Part shown: in pieces, positions 34,015 through 42,425 of the stretch
Layout: every line of letters starts with the position of its first letter
Numbering within the stretch: the first letter of the stretch is position 1
Origin: Haloferacaceae archaeon
GTDB lineage: Archaea > Halobacteriota > Halobacteria > Halobacteriales > Haloferacaceae
NCBI GenBank assembly: GCA_028274865.1
Contig: JAQCMY010000021.1
Span: 1 to 45,472, forward strand
DNA: 45,472 nt
Direction of reading: 5' to 3'
Program-made: the position numbers and the translations under genes
The notes under the pieces: model-generated
Databases searched by the model: none
Told to the model about the DNA's origin: nothing
The model's input: only the letters and a program-made list of their open reading frames with translations

Positions 34015-35265
34015 GTGAGCGAAATCGAGGACTCGACGCCGGGTGCGGAGGACGACGTCCTCTACGAGGTGGTGGTCGACGGCGTGTTCGGCGCCGTCGC
34101 CGGCTTCGCCGGGACGGTGGTACTGACGGGCTTCCTGCTGGTGTCGTCGCTGTTCGGCGGCTTCGAGTTCGAGAACTTCGCCGCGACCACGGAGATTCTG
34201 CTCCTCGACCCGTTCGTCGGGAGCCTGAGCGCCGTCGTCGGCTACGCCGTCTTCGTGGCCGGCGGGAGCATCGTCTGGCCGCTGATGCTGGCCTCTATCG
34301 GCACCTACCTCCCTGGCGACGAGTTCTCGACGAAGGGAACCGTCTTCGGAATCGTCGTCTGGCCGGGGTTCGTCCTCGGCTTCGGCGGCGTCGTCGAGGC
34401 ACAGACGCTCGGATACGCCTCGTTCGTCGTGCTCTCGCTCTTTGGCCACGCCGCCTACGGCTACGTGATGGGCGACACCTTCGACCGGCTCTACGCCTCC
34501 TCGCGGCCGGTGATCGCCAACGGCGTCTCGCCGTTCGACCTCGCGGAGCGGTCCGTCGCCGACGCCGGCGGCACCGCGACCGAGAGCCGGTCGGCACGGA
34601 CGCAGGCCGCGGCGCGTGCCCGCGCTGCCGCCGACGAGGAGGCTACCGCCGCCGACCCCGTGCGCGACGTCGACGTCGAGGACCTGCCGCCGCTGCTCCG
34701 GTTCGACCAGGCGATCGAGCGCATCGACGCCGAACTCGACGACGACTACCCGCAGTTCGACGCGTTCGAGCGGGAGTACGAGCAGATGAAGCGCTCGCCG
34801 GCGAACCGCCAGACCCTCGTCAGCGACCTGCGCGCCGACCTCGCGGGGCTCTACGAGCGGCTCCCGGACGAGGACGGCACGGTCGAGCGCTGGCTCGACT
34901 CGATGGAGGGACGGATGGACACGTACCTCAAGGCCGGGCGGACGCCGTCGCTGACGCTCAACCTCGTGGACGTCACGCTGGCACAGGACGGCGAACCGGC
35001 GGCGGTCGAGAGCCTGCGCGAGTCACTCGCCACCGCCACGGTGACGGTACTCAACCAGGGCGACCGCTCCGGCGCCGTCGTCCGGGTCTCGTTCTACAAC
35101 GACGACGACATTCTCCTCCGGAGCGACGACCTCTCGATGGGCTACATGGACCCCGGTGAGCGGAAGCAGCTCTCGACGAAGGTGTACGTCCCCTCGATCG
35201 CCGACCACTACGAGGCGACCGTGCTGAACCCGAGCGAGGACCAGCGGTTCATCGAGGGGCTCTAG
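34015..35265 (+). CDS. Membrane protein: N-terminal polytopic domain (about 4-5 TM) plus a C-terminal soluble domain of about 230 aa
   Basis: Hydrophobic segments occupy residues about 20-160. An Ala/Arg-rich linker follows, then an acidic soluble domain. GC3 is high throughout. I recognise no family. Confidence 0.65.
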   Translation: MSEIEDSTPGAEDDVLYEVVVDGVFGAVAGFAGTVVLTGFLLVSSLFGGFEFENFAATTEILLLDPFVGSLSAVVGYAVFVAGGSIVWPLMLASIGTYLPGDEFSTKGTVFGIVVWPGFVLGFGGVVEAQTLGYASFVVLSLFGHAAYGYVMGDTFDRLYASSRPVIANGVSPFDLAERSVADAGGTATESRSARTQAAARARAAADEEATAADPVRDVDVEDLPPLLRFDQAIERIDAELDDDYPQFDAFEREYEQMKRSPANRQTLVSDLRADLAGLYERLPDEDGTVERWLDSMEGRMDTYLKAGRTPSLTLNLVDVTLAQDGEPAAVESLRESLATATVTVLNQGDRSGAVVRVSFYNDDDILLRSDDLSMGYMDPGERKQLSTKVYVPSIADHYEATVLNPSEDQRFIEGL

Positions 35266-35552
35266 CGCCACTCCCGCTGTTCGACCTTGTTCAGTTCGAT
35301 GAGCAGGCGGAAGACGGCCTTCACGAGGTGGGTGTCGAGGTCGAACCGCTCCGCGTTCGCCGCCGCGCGCTCCATCACCGCCTCCTCTTGCTCCTCGTCG
35401 ACCGTGGCCATGCCGCGCTCGGCTTTTACCTGTGCCACGGAGGTCGCGACGTACGTCCGGCGGGCGGCGAGGTCGACGATCTCGCGGTCTATCGACTCTA
35501 TCTCCGCCCGGAGTTCGTCGAGTGTGAGATCCTCGAGTGCCGGTTCGGTCAC
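35262..35552 (-). CDS. Chorismate mutase (AroQ class)
   Basis: LDELRAEIESIDREIVDLAARR is typical of AroQ. GTG 35552 overlaps the aroK TGA (GTGA) and gives 96 aa. The alternative ATG 35594 would overlap aroK by 46 nt. Confidence 0.8.
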   Translation of the reverse strand: MTEPALEDLTLDELRAEIESIDREIVDLAARRTYVATSVAQVKAERGMATVDEEQEEAVMERAAANAERFDLDTHLVKAVFRLLIELNKVEQREWR

Positions 35553-36451
35553 GTCATCGTCCGCGCGCCGTCCGTTCGTGTCGTCGTGAGCCATGTGGTT
35601 CCCTCGCGTTCGTCCCACGCGTCCCGCACGCGCGTCAGTTCCTCGCGCCCGCCGACCGCGACGACGCTCGGCCCGGTGCCCGACAGCGAGACGCCCGTCG
35701 CGGCGTCCATCGCCTCGACCGCGGGGTCGGCCGAGAAGCCGAGCGCCGCCGAGAACGCCAGTCCGTTGACCGTCATCGCCTCCGCGAACCGCCCGTCGAG
35801 CGCCAGCTCTTCCACCAGCCGGGCGACGGGGGCGACCGCCACACACCGCCCGGTCTCGGCGTCGGCGCTGTAGACCCGCTCCGGCGGCGTCCAGACGAGG
35901 ACGTCCCAGTCGACGGTCTCGCGGGCGAGCAGTGCGTCCTCGTCGTTGTCGGTGACGGTGACGCCGCCGAGCATCGACGCGCTTGCGTCGTCGAACGCAC
36001 CCGTCACCGTCACGCCGGCGTCGCGGGCAGCCGCGACACCGAGACGGCAGGCCTCGACCCGGTCGACGGTCGGCCCGTCGCCGGCCTCGCCGGCATCGCC
36101 GGCCCGACCGGGGTCGTCTGTAACCGGCACCCCCAGCGCGTCGAGCGTCGCGAGCACCGTCGCGTTCGCGGCGGCGCTCGACGACTTCAGCCCCGCGGCG
36201 GTCGGCACCTCGCTCTCGGTGCGGACGTGGCCGGCCTCGCCCGCGCCGTAGCGGCCGGTCGTCAGGTCGAGGCAGCGCTCGATCAGGGTGGTGTCGAGGG
36301 CCGGGTCGCCGGCGACGTCGCCCGTCGTCTCCGACCCGCCGAGTTCGACCGTCGCCGTCGTCTCGGCGTCGATCGCGAACGCCGACCCGCGGCCCGTCGC
36401 GAGGGCGTTCAGAACCGTCCCGGCGCCGAGCGCCGTCGCGCGACCTGTCAC
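35549..36451 (-). CDS. aroK: Archaeal GHMP-type shikimate kinase
   Basis: GAGTVLNALATGRGSAFAID and PTAAGLKSSSAAANA (GHMP motif II) are present. The length is 300 aa. The rest of the 1014-aa track ORF is antisense to cdc48. Confidence 0.85.
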   Translation of the reverse strand: MTGRATALGAGTVLNALATGRGSAFAIDAETTATVELGGSETTGDVAGDPALDTTLIERCLDLTTGRYGAGEAGHVRTESEVPTAAGLKSSSAAANATVLATLDALGVPVTDDPGRAGDAGEAGDGPTVDRVEACRLGVAAARDAGVTVTGAFDDASASMLGGVTVTDNDEDALLARETVDWDVLVWTPPERVYSADAETGRCVAVAPVARLVEELALDGRFAEAMTVNGLAFSAALGFSADPAVEAMDAATGVSLSGTGPSVVAVGGREELTRVRDAWDEREGTTWLTTTRTDGARTMT

Positions 36452-36478
36452 GCGTCTATCCGAGCGCGCAGGGATGTT

Positions 36479-36973
36479 ATGGCTACCGGAAGGGAGCGCG
36501 ACGCTTTTTCGCCTGCGGGACCAGTTTCGGGTGTGAAGGGCCACACCGAGGTTGCGCCCGCGACGCTCTCCGTCTCCCTGGTCGACCACGGCGTCGAGGT
36601 GGAGTACCTCGACGGGCGCTCGGTGCTCTACCGCGGCGTGCCGGAGGCGATGACGGGACCGCTCCGCGCCCGGCCGGGGCGGGAGGTCCACGTCCTCGTC
36701 ACCGACGGCACGGACGGCGTCCTCGTCTACGTCGAGGACCGAACGACCGAGGACGAGATACTCGAGGCCACCGGCGTCGGACGGCTCCTCCTCCCCGACG
36801 ACGGCGAGCGCGAGCGCGAGGTGTTCCCCGGCGTTCGCGCGGCCCGCGTCGGCGACTTCCGGGTCGAGGTGCGGGCCGACCCGGGCGCGGTCGACGAACG
36901 GGTGTTCGTCTTCGCGGAGGACGAGTGGGGCGAGGAGTCGTACGAGTTCGTGAGCGAGGAGGGCAGCCGGTGA
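36479..36973 (+). CDS. Hypothetical acidic protein
   Basis: The 164-aa ORF has good GC3 and is the coding-like C-terminal part of track ORF 35537..36973. I recognise no motif. Confidence 0.55.
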   Translation: MATGRERDAFSPAGPVSGVKGHTEVAPATLSVSLVDHGVEVEYLDGRSVLYRGVPEAMTGPLRARPGREVHVLVTDGTDGVLVYVEDRTTEDEILEATGVGRLLLPDDGEREREVFPGVRAARVGDFRVEVRADPGAVDERVFVFAEDEWGEESYEFVSEEGSR

Positions 36974-37132
36974 CCCCCGTCGTGTGGTGCAGCCGCTCGC
37001 GCAGGACACCCGGCTGTGCGTTCGGCGGCGACGACAGCTCTCGCGGCCTCGAGGCCGGGACCGGCCGTGACGCGGCGAGCGCGGAACCGAGCCGCGGCGG
37101 CGCCGAGCGGACCGCGGAGGGGCACCGCTGAG

Positions 37133-39244
37133 ATGTCGGGGGTCGAACTGACCGTCCGCGCGGCGGAGAAGCGCGACGCGGGGCGGGGTATCGCCCGCCT
37201 CCCGGAGGCGACCCGGTCGACGCTCGGCGTCCTCAGCGGCGACCCCGTCGTCGTCGAGGGCGAGCGCCCGGCGATCGTAAAGTGCTGGCCGGCCCGCACC
37301 GGCGTGCCGGACGGCACGGTCCAGGTCGACGCCGACACGCGGGCGAACGCCGGCGTCAAGGTCGGCGAGACGGCACAGGTGTCGACGACAGGGACGCTCG
37401 CCGCCGCCGACCGTGTCGACCTCGTCCCCGTCGGCGGCGTCGACGTCGACGCCGACGACGACGCCGTCGTCGCCGCCGCGACGGAGGCCGTCCGCGACCG
37501 GCCCGTCCGCGCCGGCCAGACCGTCCGGGTCGAGCGCGTCGACGCGACCGTGCGGGTGCGCGAGACGGAGCCGACGGGCGACGTACGGGTCGGCGACTCG
37601 ACGACCGTGGCCGTCGACCTCGACGCCGAGACGCCGGCGGACGAGTCCGACGACCCGGCGCCGGCGAGCGGAATAACCTACGAGGACATCGGCGGCCTCG
37701 ACGACGAGCTCGACCTCGTCCGCGAGATGGTCGAACTCCCGCTCTCGGAGCCGGAGCTGTTCGCGCGCGTCGGTGTCGAACCGCCGCGGGGCGTCCTCCT
37801 CTACGGCCCGCCGGGCACGGGCAAGACGCTGATCGCGAGGGCCGTCGCGAACGAGGTGGACGCGTCGTTTTTCACCGTGAGCGGCCCGGAGATCGTCTCG
37901 AAGTACAAGGGCGACAGCGAGGAGCGCCTGCGCGAGACGTTCCGGGAGGCCCGCGAGGCGGCGCCGTCGGTGGTGTTCTTCGACGAGATCGACTCCATCG
38001 CCGGGGAACGCGACGGCGACTCGGACGTCGAGAACCGCGTCGTCGGCCAGCTGCTGTCGCTGATGGACGGCCTCGACGACCGGGGCGACGTCGTCGTGGT
38101 CGGCGCCACGAACCGTCTCGACAGCCTCGACCCCGCGCTCCGGCGCGGCGGTCGGTTCGACCGCGAGATCGAGATCGGCGCCCCGAACGAGTCCGGCCGG
38201 CGGGAGATCCTCGCGGTCCACGCCCGTGGCGTGCCGCTCGCCGACGACGTCGATCTCGACGCCGTCGCGGCGCGCACGTACGGGTTCGTCGGCGCGGACC
38301 TCGCGACCCTGCTGAAGGAGGCGGGGATGACCGCGCTCCGGCGCGCCCGTGCCGAGGAGACGCCGACGGCGGAGATCGCGGTGAGGCGACGCGACGTCGA
38401 GTCGGCGCTCGCGAGCGTCGAGCCCAGCGCGATGCGGGAGTACGTCGCCGAGCAGCCGACCGAGGGGTTCGAGGCGGTCGGCGGACTCGACGACCCGAAG
38501 GCCGCGCTCTCGCGCGCCGTCGAGTGGCCGCTCCGGTACGAGCCGCTGTTCGCGGCTGCGGACGCGACGCCGCCGACCGGCGTGTTGCTCCACGGTCCGC
38601 CCGGCACGGGCAAGACCCTGCTGGCGCGGGCGATCGCCGCCGAGGCGGGGGTGAACCTCGTCACCGTCGCCGGCCCCGAACTGCTCGACCGCTACGTCGG
38701 CGAGTCCGAGAAGGCCGTCCGCGAGGTGTTCGAACGGGCCCGACAGGCCGCGCCGTCGGTCGTCCTCCTCGACGAGGTGGACGCGGTCGCGCGGGCCCGG
38801 GGCGGCGGCGAGAGCGGGGTCGGCGAGCGCGTCGTCTCACAGCTCCTGACCGAACTCGACCGTGCCGCGGACAACCCCTCGCTCGCCGTCGTCACGACGA
38901 CGAACCGGCGGGACGCGCTCGACCCCGCCCTGCTCCGCCCCGGTCGACTGGAGACCCACGTCGAGGTCCCGGCGCCGGACCGCGGCGCCAGGCGGGCGAC
39001 GTTCGCCGTCCACACGACGGGGAAGCCGCTGGCCGACGACGTCGACCTCGACGCGCTCGCCCGCGAGACGGCGGGCTACTCCGGCGCCGACGTCGAGGCG
39101 GTCGTGCGCGAGGCCGCGATGGCCGCGATCGAGCGCGTGACCGAGCGCCACGGCGACGCCGCGAACGACCACCCAGACGAGGTGGTCCTGACCGAGGCGG
39201 ACTTCGACGCCGCGCTCCGGTCGGTGCCGGGGTCGCTGGCCTAG
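37133..39244 (+). CDS. cdc48: CDC48/VCP-type AAA+ ATPase (N domain plus two AAA modules)
   Basis: The N domain contains GIARLPEATRSTLGVLSGDPVVVEG. Two Walker A motifs GPPGTGKTL are present, with Walker B FFDEID and LLDEVD, plus second-region-of-homology arginines. Confidence 0.9.
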   Translation: MSGVELTVRAAEKRDAGRGIARLPEATRSTLGVLSGDPVVVEGERPAIVKCWPARTGVPDGTVQVDADTRANAGVKVGETAQVSTTGTLAAADRVDLVPVGGVDVDADDDAVVAAATEAVRDRPVRAGQTVRVERVDATVRVRETEPTGDVRVGDSTTVAVDLDAETPADESDDPAPASGITYEDIGGLDDELDLVREMVELPLSEPELFARVGVEPPRGVLLYGPPGTGKTLIARAVANEVDASFFTVSGPEIVSKYKGDSEERLRETFREAREAAPSVVFFDEIDSIAGERDGDSDVENRVVGQLLSLMDGLDDRGDVVVVGATNRLDSLDPALRRGGRFDREIEIGAPNESGRREILAVHARGVPLADDVDLDAVAARTYGFVGADLATLLKEAGMTALRRARAEETPTAEIAVRRRDVESALASVEPSAMREYVAEQPTEGFEAVGGLDDPKAALSRAVEWPLRYEPLFAAADATPPTGVLLHGPPGTGKTLLARAIAAEAGVNLVTVAGPELLDRYVGESEKAVREVFERARQAAPSVVLLDEVDAVARARGGGESGVGERVVSQLLTELDRAADNPSLAVVTTTNRRDALDPALLRPGRLETHVEVPAPDRGARRATFAVHTTGKPLADDVDLDALARETAGYSGADVEAVVREAAMAAIERVTERHGDAANDHPDEVVLTEADFDAALRSVPGSLA

Positions 39245-42081
39245 TCCCAGAACGACCGGGTGCGGGCGTACTCGCGCTCTCGGTCGAGCAGGTCGCGGTA
39301 GAACTCGTCTTCGTTCCGGCGGAGCTTCCCGATGATCCGTGCCGCGGTCTGTGGCCCGACGCCACGGGCGCGGAGCGCGATCGCCGCCCGCTTGCCGTGG
39401 GCCTGGACGAGGTTGGCGTTCCGGTGTGCCCGCTCGACCAGCGACCGCTGCTCCTCGTCCCGGCTGTTCGACTGCACCGCCGCGAGCGTCTCCTCGTCGT
39501 ACGGCGACAGCGCGGCGACACGGGTCGCGCCACAGTCGGGGCACTCCGGGTCGTCGGGGACGCGTCGAACCTTCGTCCGGCGGGTCCACCCGGTGCAGTG
39601 GAGACAGACCAGCACCACCCCGTCGTCGAGGATGCGCTCGCGGACGGTGTCGACCACGCCCGCGTCGGCGTTCTCTGGGACCAGAAACTCCCGACCGCCG
39701 GAGCGACCGCCGGTTCCGATCGGTGTCGACCCCCGTTCGACGACGACGTCGATCTCGTCGCGCTGGATCCGCCGGAGGAGCGCCGCCGCGCCGTCGACGT
39801 CGAGGTCGTCGTGGAACACCTGTCGGACGGCCTCGTCGAACACCGGCGTGTCCTCCAGGGCGGCCATCAGCCGGTCGGCGCCCATCCGGTCGCCCCGGTC
39901 CCGGTCCAGCCGGCCGAACGTCGTCGCGACGTCGACGAGCGCGAACTTCAGCGCGTCCGAGCGCTTCAGGGCGAGTTCGAGGAGCGCCGCGACGTGGTCC
40001 GGGTCGGTCTCTCGAAGCACCTCGACGACAGCCGGCGGGCCGACGCCGCGTGGCACCTCCAGTTCGACGCGGTACGGGTCGACCTCCAGCCCGACCGACG
40101 AGCCGGTTCGCTGGCCGAGGAGCGCCGCGACGAGCCGGCCGAGAGACTCGTTCACTCGGTGGCCAAACGGCGCGTTCAACACCACCTCGCGGCCCCGCCC
40201 CTCGACGACGAGCCGGTCGGCGGTCGGAACCGCGTGGTCGGCCTCGACCTGGCGCTCGACCCGTTCTAGCCCGGCGGCGAGGGTGCGCTCGTCCGCCGGA
40301 AACTCGGCTGCCGTCTCCGCGGCGACCGTAGAGCTGTCGGCATCGGGCGCGCGGAGGCGGTCCGCGGCGCGTTCACGAACCGTGCCGACGTCGTTCGCCA
40401 CCGCCGCGGGGACGGGAATCTCCCGCCCGACCCACGACGGCACCTCGCCGGCGGGGTCTCCGACGGGCGAGACCTCGACGCGCTCCTCCTCCTCGTCGAC
40501 GTTCGCGACCCGCCACATCCGTCCGCCGTGGACGAACGTCGACCCCGGCTCCGCGAAGTTGACGACGAACCGCTCGTCGAGGCTCCCGACGTGAGACTGC
40601 GAGGAGACGTCGTACACCCCGAACGTCGTCTCGTCGGGGATCATCGACAGGTTGGCGTAGAAGTACTGCCAGGTTCCGCCGGACGTCTCCAGCCGGTCGG
40701 TCTCCTCCTCCAGCCACAGCACCCGGTTGCCGGACAGTTCGCGGACCACCTGCCGGAACGCCTCCGCGTCGAGGTCGCGGAACGGGTACGCCCGACACAC
40801 CACCTCGTAGGCACGGCGGGCGCTCACCTCGCCCTCGTCCATCACCAGCCCCGCGACCTGGTTCGCGACGACGTCGAGGCTCCCCTCGTGGATTGCCGCG
40901 GGTTCGACCGCGCCGTCGAGCGCCCGTCGGGCGATCGCGAGCGCCTCCAGCGTGTCGTCGGCACCGCTCGTGACGACCGTCCCCTCCGAGACGCGGTCGC
41001 GGCGGTGGCCCGCACGGCCGACGCGCTGGAGCAGTCGGGCCACCTCGCGGGGGCTGTTGTACTGGACGACGTGGTCGACCCGCCCGACGTCGATGCCGAG
41101 CTCCATCGACGAGGTACAGACGAGCCCGTCGAGTTCGCCCGACTTGAACGCCGTCTCGGCCTCCAGGCGCGCGTCGCGCGAGAGCGACCCGTGGTGGACG
41201 CCGATCGGCTCGTCGAGCGCTGTGAACCGCGCCGCCAGCGCCTCTGCCGTCGACCGGGTGTTGACGAAGACGAGCGTCGACTCGTTCTCGCGGACGGCGT
41301 CGCGTATCGCCCGGACGTGTGCCGCGAGTTCGGGGTCGGTCGCGAGCTCGCCGGCCAGCCGCTCGTCCTCGGCGGTCACCTCGGGCGCGACGACGTCGAC
41401 GGCGAACCGCGAGCCGGCGTCGACCTCGACGACCGCACAGCCCCGCGCGCCGGTGAGGAACTGCCCGACCTCGTCGGGGTCGCCGACCGTCGCGGAGAGG
41501 CCGACGCGCTGGACCGGACCGGCGACCTCGCGCAGGCGCTCGAGGCCGACGGCCAGCTGTGCGCCGCGCTTCGAGGCCGCGAGCTCGTGGACCTCGTCGA
41601 CGACGACGTGGGCGACGTCCGCGAGCGCGCGCCGGAGCTTCGAGCCGGTGAGCATCGCCTGGAGCGTCTCCGGCGTCGTGACGAGGACGTCCGGCGGGTC
41701 GTCGGCCTGCTTCGACCGCTGGTAGTCCGAGGTGTCGCCGTGCCGGACGTCGACCGCGAGGTCGAGTTCCTCACCCCACCAGTCCAGGCGCTCGCGCATG
41801 TCGCGGTTGAGCGCGCGGAGCGGCGTGACGTACAGGACGCTGATCCCGAAGCGGCTGTCTGCCTCGTCGACGGCGGAGAGGACGGGTAGCATCGCCGTCT
41901 CGGTCTTGCCCGTGCCCGTCGGCGCGACGACCAGGGCGTTCCGACCGCCGGCGATCGGCGGGATCGCCCGGCGCTGTGGCTCGGTCGGGGTGGAGAATCC
42001 CCGCTCCGAGAGCGCCGCGCGGACGCCCGGATTCAGGTGGGTGAAGGCGTCTGCCCCGGTCAGTCGCTCGCCGTCTGCCAT
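39241..42081 (-). CDS. lhr: Lhr-family (large helicase related) DEAD/DEAH-box helicase
   Basis: PTEPQRRAIP, VVAPTGTGKTE and the DEVH box (VVDEVHEL) are present. C-terminal Lhr-type domains follow, with a Cys4 cluster CLHC...CPDC. ATG 42081 gives 946 aa. Confidence 0.9.
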   Translation of the reverse strand: MADGERLTGADAFTHLNPGVRAALSERGFSTPTEPQRRAIPPIAGGRNALVVAPTGTGKTETAMLPVLSAVDEADSRFGISVLYVTPLRALNRDMRERLDWWGEELDLAVDVRHGDTSDYQRSKQADDPPDVLVTTPETLQAMLTGSKLRRALADVAHVVVDEVHELAASKRGAQLAVGLERLREVAGPVQRVGLSATVGDPDEVGQFLTGARGCAVVEVDAGSRFAVDVVAPEVTAEDERLAGELATDPELAAHVRAIRDAVRENESTLVFVNTRSTAEALAARFTALDEPIGVHHGSLSRDARLEAETAFKSGELDGLVCTSSMELGIDVGRVDHVVQYNSPREVARLLQRVGRAGHRRDRVSEGTVVTSGADDTLEALAIARRALDGAVEPAAIHEGSLDVVANQVAGLVMDEGEVSARRAYEVVCRAYPFRDLDAEAFRQVVRELSGNRVLWLEEETDRLETSGGTWQYFYANLSMIPDETTFGVYDVSSQSHVGSLDERFVVNFAEPGSTFVHGGRMWRVANVDEEEERVEVSPVGDPAGEVPSWVGREIPVPAAVANDVGTVRERAADRLRAPDADSSTVAAETAAEFPADERTLAAGLERVERQVEADHAVPTADRLVVEGRGREVVLNAPFGHRVNESLGRLVAALLGQRTGSSVGLEVDPYRVELEVPRGVGPPAVVEVLRETDPDHVAALLELALKRSDALKFALVDVATTFGRLDRDRGDRMGADRLMAALEDTPVFDEAVRQVFHDDLDVDGAAALLRRIQRDEIDVVVERGSTPIGTGGRSGGREFLVPENADAGVVDTVRERILDDGVVLVCLHCTGWTRRTKVRRVPDDPECPDCGATRVAALSPYDEETLAAVQSNSRDEEQRSLVERAHRNANLVQAHGKRAAIALRARGVGPQTAARIIGKLRRNEDEFYRDLLDREREYARTRSFWD

Positions 42082-42188
42082 CGAACGGACGTTCGTGACG
42101 GCGGCCCTTGAGACGTGTGTTCGGCGCCGTGGGCCCGAACGTTGAGGTGGCTGCCGGTCGCACGACCGGCGTGAACCACACCCTGTTG

Positions 42189-42425
42189 ATGTGGGGCTCA
42201 CTCGCCGTCTTCGGGGCGCTCGCGGCCGGCGAAGCGGTGCTCGCGGTCCGTGCCGCCCCGGGTGTCCCGGTCGTCGAGGCAGCCGCGGCGTTCGCCGCCT
42301 TCCTCGTCCTCGGAGGGGCACTGATGGCGCTCCGTGACCCCGGGACGTTCGAGCCGCCGGCGCCGTGGGTCGCCTACGTCGCCGCCGCGAGCACCGTCGT
42401 CTACGCCGTCTCTGCCGTCGTCTAG
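42189..42425 (+). CDS. Small hydrophobic protein (78 aa, about 3 TM), opposite strand between rpe and lhr
   Basis: By my count about 70 of 79 codons end in G/C, which is the coding signature of this genome. There are three hydrophobic stretches. The stop shares a CTAG with the rpe stop. I know of no homolog. Confidence 0.45.
   Translation: MWGSLAVFGALAAGEAVLAVRAAPGVPVVEAAAAFAAFLVLGGALMALRDPGTFEPPAPWVAYVAAASTVVYAVSAVV

Noticed and set aside
35549-38593. 1014-aa minus-strand ORF.
   Set aside because: Only the last 300 codons (35549-36451) encode the GHMP-type shikimate kinase. The upstream 700 codons are antisense to cdc48 and read as Arg-rich nonsense.
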